NCBI GenBank assembly: GCA_001773215.1
Contig: MEWB01000001.1
Coordinates: 5,964-69,963, forward strand
DNA length: 64,000 nt
From: a candidate division WWE3 bacterium RIFOXYC1_FULL_40_10
Lineage (GTDB): Bacteria; Patescibacteriota; WWE3; UBA101185; UBA10185
Reading direction: 5' to 3'
Shown here: piece by piece, positions 39,032-49,221 of the stretch
Numbering within the stretch: position 1 is the first letter of the stretch
Layout of the letters: the number at the start of each line of letters is the position of its first letter
Made by a program: the position numbers and the translations under genes
Notes under the pieces: model-generated
What the model was told of the DNA's origin: nothing
The model's input: only the letters and a program-made list of their open reading frames with translations
The model's database searches: none

Positions 39032-40063
39032 GTGAATTCTAGCGACAAAATAAATAAAAAAGCAAAAGTAGCTGTAGGACTAAGCGGTGGGGTCGATTCA
39101 GCAGTATCCGCATACTTGCTAAAAGAGCAGGGGTACGACATAACCGGTGTATTTTTGAAGTGTTGGGAAAAGGAAGTGGGCTGTGATTCCGACAAGGATA
39201 AAATATTTGCTATAAGGAACGCAAAGCATCTGGGTATTAAATTCGAGCAACTGAATTTTGTTGAAAAATATACATCAAAAGTATTAGACTACTTTTTTGA
39301 GGAATATAAAGCAGGGAGAACCCCAAATCCGGATGTAATGTGTAACAAAGAGATAAAATTCGGCCTATTCTACGAATGGGCAATGAACAATGGCTTTGAT
39401 TTTGTAGCTACAGGGCATTATGCTCGAGTTGTTGATGGGAACCTACTTAAGGGGATTGATGACTCGAAAGATCAGTCATACTTTTTGTATTTGCTCGATC
39501 AAGAAAAGTTGAATCGGGTTTTATTTCCAGTAGGTAATCTACTAAAAGAAAAGGTGCGCGTTATCGCCAAGAATGCTAGTTTGCCATCGGCAGACCGCCC
39601 TGACAGTGTCGGGATTTGTTTTATAGGCGAAATTGATGTTAGGAAATTTTTGGAAGACAAACTTGAAAAAAAAGAAGGCAATGTATTGGATATTTCGGGC
39701 GCGGTTGTCGGCAGGCACGATGGTGTTTGGTTTTATACAATCGGTCAAAGACACGGTTTTGAAGTTGATGCGTATAAAGGTGTTCCTATGTATGTAATAA
39801 AGAAGGACGCGCAGAGTAATGAGCTAGTGGTTGGTCCTCGAGATCAAGCACTGAGGGATAGTTTCTATGTTGAAGATTTGCATTGGATAACTAAAGGCTC
39901 GCCAAAGCAGGTGAGAATAAGGCACTTGGGGGATTGCTACGACTGTGAATTAGTTGATAACAGTTTGGTTAAACTAAACAAACCAATTTTTGGAGTTGCT
40001 CCCGGCCAGAGTGCAGTTTTTTATAACGATGAAGTGCTTTTGGGTGGGGGAGTTATTCAGTAA
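39032..40063 (+). CDS. mnmA: tRNA-specific 2-thiouridylase
   Basis: SGGVDS, TPNPDVMCN, ATGHYA, KDQSYFL, APGQSAV. Confidence 0.97.
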   Translation: MNSSDKINKKAKVAVGLSGGVDSAVSAYLLKEQGYDITGVFLKCWEKEVGCDSDKDKIFAIRNAKHLGIKFEQLNFVEKYTSKVLDYFFEEYKAGRTPNPDVMCNKEIKFGLFYEWAMNNGFDFVATGHYARVVDGNLLKGIDDSKDQSYFLYLLDQEKLNRVLFPVGNLLKEKVRVIAKNASLPSADRPDSVGICFIGEIDVRKFLEDKLEKKEGNVLDISGAVVGRHDGVWFYTIGQRHGFEVDAYKGVPMYVIKKDAQSNELVVGPRDQALRDSFYVEDLHWITKGSPKQVRIRHLGDCYDCELVDNSLVKLNKPIFGVAPGQSAVFYNDEVLLGGGVIQ

Positions 40064-42392
40064 CCTCAAAAAAGGCATCTTTTACTATCAGACTGTTTTT
40101 CCACTTATTTTGAGTGTCTACTTGCACTACATAGGATTGAGTTTGCTCAATATTGCCATACATGTCTTGGCTCCTAAACCTTAAAACCGAAATCCCGCTT
40201 TGAGCTGGCGAAAAGGCCTGGTTATATATCTGCCAGCCGGACTCGTCATTCAAGGTGAAAAAAACAATCGGGTTAGGGTCTTGGTTGTCTAGCGCCGACA
40301 ACTCTATTACGGGATTTTCTATATACCAACTATTTACTTTGCTACCCGATATGTTTATGTCGGTTTGAGGGGCAGAGTAATCCGAAGAGTCCGCAAAGAG
40401 AGCAAAGTGGCTAAAATGGAAGGTTTCTGATGTAACCACTCCTTCGACAAGGTCAAGGACAGTTGGAAGAGCCTCCCATATCAGATCAATATTATCCCAA
40501 ACGTAAGTTTTGATAGTATTTGTTACTGCATTGTTTCTAAGCTCTCTTGGGAGATTTAATTCCAGTTTTGCGCTAACTTCCAGGCTTTGGATGTCATTTC
40601 CAAGCTGATCTTGTAATTCCACTAAAAAAGCCGACCCATCTATATATACGAGATTTCCTTGTGATTCGGGAAGCTGGGGGATACCCATTTCTTTGAGAGT
40701 TATCGTCGCGGGTTTTGTTACAGCTCCTGCTAGAAGGGTTACCGTTTTGTTATTTGTGGTTACTGTGGTTTCGGCGTTGCCCGATGTGAATTTTGAGTTG
40801 CTAACCAAAGGACTGTTCCAAAGGTAAAGGCTATGAGAACCTCTTTTTTCTCCCTCGTTTGTCGCCCACTTAAGTTCAGGCCAGGGATCGTTGGAATATT
40901 TAGTTGGATTCCATCCAAAAGGATCGATTTTTCCGGAAGGGTCCTCATCCTCAAAATTTCCATCCCCATTTGTATCCTTAGTCACTTCTAAGTGTAAGTG
41001 TGGTCCCGAAGAAACCCCTGTCATCCCAACTTTTCCAATTAGGTTCCCTGTTTCCACCCATACGCCTTCTTGTCCCATTGTTATCAAGTCCTGGGATTGG
41101 AGATGCTTATATTTAGTTTCGTAACCGTTTAAGTGATCTATTTTTATTGTATTTCCGCAGCCTGTGCAGGAATGGAACGTGGCAACTCCCGGAGTTGGAG
41201 CTAAAATGGGGGTTCCATAGCCTAAAGAAAAGTCTATCCCGTTATGAGAGCTGTAGTACATTTCGGGTGGGTACCCTTTTACGCCGTAGAAGTTTAAGGT
41301 ACTTTGGGATTCTGTATATGGCTCCTTTGGGTATGGGGCTGTCAACATGGGATAGGCATGGTCGAAATAGCTGGTTATTCTTGTGATTTGTTCAGACGAG
41401 TTTGTGGTCGTCCAGGGAATTTCCAGGAAAGGGTTAGATGTAATCGAATTTGGAATGGTATACCTGTACACTCCTCCCGACGAAATATTTGCGAAAAGAT
41501 ACGAAGGTTCAGAAAACAGCCATACTAAATCTTGCGTTCTAGAAAAGTGATCTAGAACCAATCCGGTATTTTCCCACGAATCACCAAAATTATCGCTGAA
41601 AAACACTTTTGCCGTATTCCAATCTACATCTCGGGCAGAGGAGTAAAGGATATTATTGTAATAGGCTAGTCCTCCCGGCTCAAAGTTAGGAAAATTTAGT
41701 AACCTGTGCCAGGATAAACCTAAGTCAGCTGATCGATATAGGCCACTGGTAGTAGATGCGAAGGCGTAATTATCAATGAGTTCAAAAAAGTATACTAGTT
41801 GTCCTCTCAGCGGGATAATTTCGTTCCATGTTAAGCCCCCATCCACACTTTTATAAGTGTTATTCGCAGTTGACGCTAGGGCAATTACCCCGTTGGACAC
41901 AATGTCCCTTATCTGATTATTGCTAATTCTTTGTTCCCAAGTTTCCCCTTCATCGTGGGAGGTCCAAAGACCCGAGGATGTAGTTCCTAAGTACATACCG
42001 TTCATATCCCTTTCGATTGATGTGCAAGGTATGTTTGGTCCCAAATGGCTCCAGGTGTTTGATTCCGGGTCATACTCCATCAGTCCTACCTCACCGTTCT
42101 GAGAGTAATACGTTGCGGCATAAACTGTTCCGGCATAAGCTTTTATGTCATTTATCCCCATGCCGGGCAAGCCTAGCTTGGACCATGTCCCCCCAAGGTC
42201 TTTGGAGGAATATATACCGTTATAGGGATTAGCCCAAAGCCGGCCATCGTTTTCCCCTGCAAATATCCCATAAGGAGTATTTTCCAAGCCTTGAATGAAA
42301 TAGCTGTTTAGCTGAGTATTTTGCCAATTTTCAGCCCATACATCCTGTGCAAGTAATAGTAGTATCAGTAAAAATTTGAGATTTTTTTGCAT
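40053..42392 (-). CDS. Exported multidomain protein: BNR/Asp-box propeller, M23 peptidase and C-terminal beta domains
   Basis: Signal peptide, SxDxGxxW repeats, HNGID and HLH zinc motifs. Confidence 0.82.
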   Translation of the reverse strand: MQKNLKFLLILLLLAQDVWAENWQNTQLNSYFIQGLENTPYGIFAGENDGRLWANPYNGIYSSKDLGGTWSKLGLPGMGINDIKAYAGTVYAATYYSQNGEVGLMEYDPESNTWSHLGPNIPCTSIERDMNGMYLGTTSSGLWTSHDEGETWEQRISNNQIRDIVSNGVIALASTANNTYKSVDGGLTWNEIIPLRGQLVYFFELIDNYAFASTTSGLYRSADLGLSWHRLLNFPNFEPGGLAYYNNILYSSARDVDWNTAKVFFSDNFGDSWENTGLVLDHFSRTQDLVWLFSEPSYLFANISSGGVYRYTIPNSITSNPFLEIPWTTTNSSEQITRITSYFDHAYPMLTAPYPKEPYTESQSTLNFYGVKGYPPEMYYSSHNGIDFSLGYGTPILAPTPGVATFHSCTGCGNTIKIDHLNGYETKYKHLQSQDLITMGQEGVWVETGNLIGKVGMTGVSSGPHLHLEVTKDTNGDGNFEDEDPSGKIDPFGWNPTKYSNDPWPELKWATNEGEKRGSHSLYLWNSPLVSNSKFTSGNAETTVTTNNKTVTLLAGAVTKPATITLKEMGIPQLPESQGNLVYIDGSAFLVELQDQLGNDIQSLEVSAKLELNLPRELRNNAVTNTIKTYVWDNIDLIWEALPTVLDLVEGVVTSETFHFSHFALFADSSDYSAPQTDINISGSKVNSWYIENPVIELSALDNQDPNPIVFFTLNDESGWQIYNQAFSPAQSGISVLRFRSQDMYGNIEQTQSYVVQVDTQNKWKNSLIVKDAFFEVTE

Positions 42393-42481
42393 ACTCCACA
42401 AATACATCCTTGTGTAGGTTGTTGCAATACACAATACTCCATCAGCTATGGAAATCAGCTTGTATAGGATATAATGCCCGG

Positions 42482-43786
42482 GTGGATAACTTAATATCAC
42501 AATTAAAAAATACAAATTCCAGTTTGAGGGAAGCCGAAATCGAAGGCCTCTTGTTTTTGTTGATCCAGTCGAAGGGTATTACAAATACCGAACTAATTCA
42601 AAAAACCGGTCTCCCGAAAGAGACTTTACGACTCTTTCTTAATAGTATTGGCAGTTACTTAGAAGAGCAAAAGGGAGCACAAGTAAAAATTAAAGACGAA
42701 TTTCTAGCTAAAATGGAAACTCTAAAAATGAGGCCTTATGAATGGTCTTTATTGGCATATAACGATCCCGCACTTACTCAAAAGATTCGCGAAATTAGAG
42801 AAAAGTTCCAACTCATTCCCAAAAGGGACTACGATCAATTTTTTGCAACATGTGAAACCAGTGTTTCAAAATATAAAGTTATGATGGCTAAAGGTGTAAT
42901 TGAGAGAAAAAAAATTGCCTTTTTGGGAGATGACGATTGGGTGTCTCTCGTTACGGGAATTGACTCAAGTAAGCATTCCCTCATAAGAGTTTTCGATATA
43001 GATCCTGGAATACTGAAAACAATCAAAACGCTTTCTACCGAATTAGGAATAAAGAATCTTTTTACCCATCAGTACGACGTTAGGGAAGCCCTTTTACCCG
43101 AATTTATAGGTGGGTTTGATGTTGTTGTTACTGACCCGCCTTATACTAAGTCGGGAATAATGCTTTTTTTAAACAGAGCAATGCAGTTACTGAATAAAGA
43201 GGGGTATATATTTTTGTATTTTGGCAATAGTTTTAAAACGCCGGAGAAGTTTATTAAAATTCAGGAAATTATTGGCAGGTTTGGATTAGTGATAGAAGAT
43301 AAAATCGATAAATTTGCCCGCTACCATGGTGCAGAGTCAATAGGCAGCGCCAGTTCGCTATATGTGTTACGTGCTTCTGAATATTCGCACGACTTAAGCG
43401 GAGCTGTGTTGCCTAAATCTATATATACCTTTGAGAATCAAAAAGAGGAAAAATTTCCATTTGTAGACCACGTAGTATTTAAGATTGCGGGAGTATCTTC
43501 GGATATTCTAAATTCTAAAACCAAACTTCAAAAATTGGCGGGAGATTTTTGTAAAAAGCATAGATTAAAGGTTGTGGATACAAAAGTAACAGTTTTTAAG
43601 GGGCAAGGGGTGTCGTTAACTTATATTTTGGCTAATTCTAATTTAGTTATTCACACTTGGCCTGAATATAAGGCACTGCATATTGATTTAGTAACCTGTG
43701 TACCAATTTTTGCGAAAGCAGTGTTGGCTGATACCCTAAGCAGTCTGTTTAAGACCAATAAGATCGAAATGACAGTGGTGGAGTAA
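42482..43786 (+). CDS. Branched-chain polyamine synthase BpsA-like aminopropyltransferase fused to an AdoMet decarboxylase (SpeD)-like domain
   Basis: DYDQ, LGDDD, TDPPY; C-terminal GVS...LANSNLVIHTWPEY...IDLVTC; GTG start 6 nt after TATAAT. Confidence 0.8.
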   Translation: MDNLISQLKNTNSSLREAEIEGLLFLLIQSKGITNTELIQKTGLPKETLRLFLNSIGSYLEEQKGAQVKIKDEFLAKMETLKMRPYEWSLLAYNDPALTQKIREIREKFQLIPKRDYDQFFATCETSVSKYKVMMAKGVIERKKIAFLGDDDWVSLVTGIDSSKHSLIRVFDIDPGILKTIKTLSTELGIKNLFTHQYDVREALLPEFIGGFDVVVTDPPYTKSGIMLFLNRAMQLLNKEGYIFLYFGNSFKTPEKFIKIQEIIGRFGLVIEDKIDKFARYHGAESIGSASSLYVLRASEYSHDLSGAVLPKSIYTFENQKEEKFPFVDHVVFKIAGVSSDILNSKTKLQKLAGDFCKKHRLKVVDTKVTVFKGQGVSLTYILANSNLVIHTWPEYKALHIDLVTCVPIFAKAVLADTLSSLFKTNKIEMTVVE

Positions 43787-43862
43787 GCAGAGTTTGATTT
43801 TTTCCCAGTTTTATGGGATATTGCCTATAGTAAATTTCAAATCTTTTCTTAAGGAGAAAAAA

Positions 43863-44162
43863 GTGAATATTGGAATGTTGTGATTTGATAACGATCCCAA
43901 AGCAGGTTTGGCGCAGAAGATTGAACGGGCGGCCACTTATTACACGACGAAATATGGTAAGGCTCCCACCTTATGTTTCGTCCACCCCAGCATGTTAACC
44001 GAAGAATTGCAGCCAGCCCCGGACGGTAAGTATTACACTTCCGAAGGAGTGGAAATTCGAACCAGTAGTAGTGTACTGCCCAACCATTTCTGGGTTGGCT
44101 GTAACAACTTGGGCTCAGTTAATACGGATCGTGAAACAGGCCCAGTGCGCGGGGAGGGATGA
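43863..44162 (+). pseudogene. Small conserved-hypothetical-like gene with an in-frame TGA at codon 7
   Basis: SD AAGGAG + GTG; reads MNIGML*FDNDPK in frame with the ORF at 43908. Confidence 0.6.
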
Positions 44163-44492
44163 ATGAAATACGGTTCCCTTAGAGCGTCATACCACGCCAA
44201 TATCGACGAAAATTCCCCTGAAGATATTGCCAAGAGATTGGTAAATATCCTGGATTGGTTGCTTCACCTGGAGAGAGCTCCCTGGCTTCTGGAGATGGCA
44301 ATTTTATTAGAGGTGTCTCCGGAGTTTCTGCCGTATGTTTGTAAAGCGTTTGGGTTTTCTTATCCAATGAAGATGGGGGAACGAGCAAATCTTGGAATAA
44401 ACAGAGAGTTAATGGTTGCCGTGAAGTCAAACGGGGCACTAACAGGCAGGAAAATCGTGCTACTTGGCCATGTTCTACATGTAGGTGAGTGA
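44163..44492 (+). CDS. Hypothetical protein
   Basis: SD GGAGGG; abuts the previous gene; hairpin at 44502-44531. Confidence 0.55.
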   Translation: MKYGSLRASYHANIDENSPEDIAKRLVNILDWLLHLERAPWLLEMAILLEVSPEFLPYVCKAFGFSYPMKMGERANLGINRELMVAVKSNGALTGRKIVLLGHVLHVGE

Positions 44493-44549
44493 AAAACCGA
44501 TAAGGCTCTTATTCTTAAGAATAGGAGCCTATTTCTTTGGGATTAAGCA

Positions 44550-44578
44550 TTGACCAAATACAAAACTCCTGTTAACTT
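44550..44578 (+). promoter_or_regulatory. Probable 16S rRNA promoter
   Basis: TTGACC-17-TAACTT with TG extension. Confidence 0.5.
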
Positions 44579-44733
44579 GTCACTACACTAATACTGTTGT
44601 TTTCTTTTCCAAAATAGTGTATACAATCTTACTGCACGTTAATAATTTAATATCACCTATATTTATTATTTTGAATTTCAAGATTCAAAAGGTAAGAAGA
44701 ACGTTTGTGCACACTTATTCGTTTAAGTGTGTC

Positions 44734-46177
<1,444 letters not shown>

Positions 46178-46418
46178 CTTTGTGCTTTTTTCTTAACGAG
46201 AAAAGGGTGTTTTTGATAGGCGTTATCATGTGTCTGTGTTACACAGGCAATGACCGCATACTCAGAAAACACATTTTGGTGTAGAAGAGCTCTATACATC
46301 AAACTTAAAACCAGTTGTTTTACTCACAAAACAACTTGAGCAGGTTCGGAGTGAGCCTAAACTCTTGTTCTTCTTACCTTTTGGTGCTTGAAATAAATAA
46401 TAAATAAAACAAAAAACT

Positions 46419-46444
46419 AGATCCCCTCAAAAAGGGGATCTTTT
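46419..46444 (+). terminator. Terminator closing the 16S transcript
   Basis: agatcccct-caaaa-aggggatct followed by ttt. Confidence 0.6.
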
Positions 46445-47233
46445 GGATTCTATGCCGGTGCCCCCCGGGAATAATTCCTCTATTATTTCCGGAGTGAATC
46501 TTGCCATAACTTCTTTAACTCGCAACCTGTCTGTACTATCTCCAAAGCATGCCTTTTCTACAAATTCTTTTCCAAATACATAAATCAAAGATTCAAAAAA
46601 AGCTATGCGTTTTCTATCGATTTCCTCTAACTGACCTATTCGACTTCCGAACTTTTTGACCAATAGGTCTTCATAATATCGGGCACAGCATTCGTCTAGA
46701 GGTTTTGTGAATATATCGGGATTATCCCGATTCTGGACAACGTGAACGACCTCATGGCGAAATGTTTCCAGTTGTATTTGAGATACTACAAGATTTCTGA
46801 CAGCTTGTGGAATTTTGTCCTGTTCAACAAACAGATTACTGTACCTGCTTATCATTGTATCTCTAGCATATTGAGGGAGGTTGTTCCAATACTCTATTGG
46901 GTCTTGAAGAACGATCTTTGGTATACCATCCTTTACTGTACAGACTCCCATTACTTCAGCATGCTCACTAAGCGGGGTTTCCGAACCTTCCTGGCGTATT
47001 TTTCTAACGATTTCTCTGGGAGCAATACATGTATGTTCACTAATGTTTTCCAGTAGCGTTTTATTTTTTTCTGCCATGTTTTTTCCAATTTCATCAAGTA
47101 GCCCTCGAGAGATTTTGGTTATTTCTTTTTTAAACAGTTCGTTGGTGATAGTAAATGGGTTAGGAATTTCGACTTTGTTGGGTAGTCTCCCAGGGGATGT
47201 TGTTTCTGATATATCAGTCTCAATAATGCTCAT
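46427..47233 (-). CDS. Hypothetical protein with a zincin-like HExxH motif
   Basis: FRHEVVH followed by a downstream E (LDECCA). Confidence 0.65.
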   Translation of the reverse strand: MSIIETDISETTSPGRLPNKVEIPNPFTITNELFKKEITKISRGLLDEIGKNMAEKNKTLLENISEHTCIAPREIVRKIRQEGSETPLSEHAEVMGVCTVKDGIPKIVLQDPIEYWNNLPQYARDTMISRYSNLFVEQDKIPQAVRNLVVSQIQLETFRHEVVHVVQNRDNPDIFTKPLDECCARYYEDLLVKKFGSRIGQLEEIDRKRIAFFESLIYVFGKEFVEKACFGDSTDRLRVKEVMARFTPEIIEELFPGGTGIESKRSPF

Positions 47234-47277
47234 TAGTATCTATGATAATACAATTAAGTAAACAAATATAAGAACGC

Positions 47278-48627
47278 TTATGCTGTGATTTCAAATCTTC
47301 CACCCTTTTTTTCGAAATCTTTAACTGTAACGGGGACTACAAGTTTAGACTCCTGCTGAGTGTCATATCTATACTGTGTGCTTCCGGTGATTGGTTCTTG
47401 AAGAGCCTGGTTTTTATTACCTAGTACATGCACAAATCCATCGCCGATTTTTTCTCTCACACTATTTGAGCACTTTACTGTAACATTGCCCTGGTTATCT
47501 TCTATTGTCCCCCAATAATCCCCCTTGGTAAGTTTAGTTCTATTAGGCATTATCGCTGATGCAATTGCTCGTAAAGCAGATGTATTTGCAAAGACGCCTA
47601 ATGAGTTTTTAAATGCGCTATTTGAATTGTCTTTTGCTTGGCGGGGTTCCAAAACATCTATCCTTTCTCTTGACCCGTGGAATAAATAGGCACCGTTCTG
47701 TTCAATTTCCCTCAATATTTCACAAGTATCATTTTCAAACCGATTCTCGAGTGTAATTTTATCCACACCCTCTAAATAAGTAGTTCTGATTTCTTCCTGC
47801 TTCTCCCGAACTTTCTTTGTTTCTTCGATCCATAAAGGATTATGCCTTAATTCTTGCATCCCCGGAATAAAGAATGCCTTTGCCGAGTTGTAGGGAGCAT
47901 CCTCACTTAGTTTTAGGAAGTCCGCCACTTGCCTAGCAAATGCCTCCTTTTTCGAAGCTATATCTCTAAGACTCCCAAAATTGTTTATAGTAGCTGCAGT
48001 ACTTTGTTCGACCGCAACAATTGGGATATATTCGTACGAGGTCCGTGATCGCCCATATAAAATTTCTGCAACATGCCCCATATGAATGCCTGGAAATAAA
48101 CTTGAATCTTCAACCGGTTCCAGTTTTAAAATTTCAGTATTCGATACATCCAAAAACCAATAGTCATCTTCACTTGCCTTAATCACAGTACCCCCGTGCC
48201 TTGCTGGGAGCCCCATAAAAGCTTCAAACCCTGCTCTTTCCATTGCCCTAGCGACTATCTGGCCGCCAAAGATGCAGTTAAAAGCCCCATCCGCCATCTC
48301 CATTGATACAGTTGGGTTTTCAGCCCAGCTTCTAAGTTCTCCTTTACCTTTGTTTATCTCTCTCATTTTTTCAAGAACCCTTACTGCAAATTTACCCACG
48401 GTTTCATTTGGCTCCAGATCCGCGGGAACATCAAATTTTTCTATGTAGTTGTCGATTCCCTGTCTAAATGACTCCCACATTTCTCCCAGAGTTTTTTCTT
48501 TGTTATCCCAAGTAGCTGCCAATTTAACTTCGGACCCTCCTGAAAGTCTATTCCACACTAGCTCAATATCTTGGCTTTGGAGTTCCTTATTAGTTAATTC
48601 TAAACTCTCAGGTTTTTCGTTTGGCAT
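47278..48627 (-). CDS. Hypothetical two-domain protein (transglutaminase-like and ART-like motifs)
   Basis: FNC...RHG...WFLD; C-terminal LFHGS...LEPRQA...VFA; start moved to ATG 48627. Confidence 0.65.
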   Translation of the reverse strand: MPNEKPESLELTNKELQSQDIELVWNRLSGGSEVKLAATWDNKEKTLGEMWESFRQGIDNYIEKFDVPADLEPNETVGKFAVRVLEKMREINKGKGELRSWAENPTVSMEMADGAFNCIFGGQIVARAMERAGFEAFMGLPARHGGTVIKASEDDYWFLDVSNTEILKLEPVEDSSLFPGIHMGHVAEILYGRSRTSYEYIPIVAVEQSTAATINNFGSLRDIASKKEAFARQVADFLKLSEDAPYNSAKAFFIPGMQELRHNPLWIEETKKVREKQEEIRTTYLEGVDKITLENRFENDTCEILREIEQNGAYLFHGSRERIDVLEPRQAKDNSNSAFKNSLGVFANTSALRAIASAIMPNRTKLTKGDYWGTIEDNQGNVTVKCSNSVREKIGDGFVHVLGNKNQALQEPITGSTQYRYDTQQESKLVVPVTVKDFEKKGGRFEITA

Positions 48628-48668
48628 ATCTATTCCGGAGCTGGTCCAAAGCTGGAGTTGCTCTAGTA

Positions 48669-49004
48669 TTATTGGCAAACACAAACTATTGGGCTTCCCT
48701 TGCACGAACGGAATTTTCCCGAACAGCATCTGCTTTGGTCTCCAGGAAGAAGATTTCCCACGCCTGGTTTTACACATACGGAGCAATTAAACCATGAACA
48801 CTTAGCATTTAATCTATTATCGTTGGGTTTACAGCATTGTGATGTTCTTAAACAAGCCCCGCCTGCAGGTTTACAAGAAGCGTTTGTGCCTAAAACATTT
48901 GTGGTTTGAGGCTTAAGATACATTGCCCATACAAGTGTAGATATAATTGATAATGTGAGTCCGCTAATTAATACAAATCCCGCTATTGAACCTTTTTTAT
49001 TCAT
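48669..49004 (-). CDS. Membrane-anchored Cys-rich (knottin-like) protein
   Basis: N-terminal TM helix, then 12 Cys including a C-C-CC-C-C framework. Confidence 0.7.
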   Translation of the reverse strand: MNKKGSIAGFVLISGLTLSIISTLVWAMYLKPQTTNVLGTNASCKPAGGACLRTSQCCKPNDNRLNAKCSWFNCSVCVKPGVGNLLPGDQSRCCSGKFRSCKGSPIVCVCQ

Positions 49005-49092
49005 TTTATTAAATTAGTTCACCTCATTTCAGGAAAAATAAACTTCACTAAGGAAAGTGTAAATTGTGTGGTGGGAGGTGTCAATGGATGTC

Positions 49093-49169
<77 letters not shown>

Positions 49170-49221
49170 CTGCTCAAAATTGACATAGACATTTTACCAT
49201 TTCGTTCTAAAATATCTACAC

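Noticed and set aside
43881-43883. UGA recoding (genetic code 25 or 4)
   Set aside because: Conserved genes here (exonuclease, both transketolase halves, rpiB, rmlC) end in TGA, and long genes have no internal TGA
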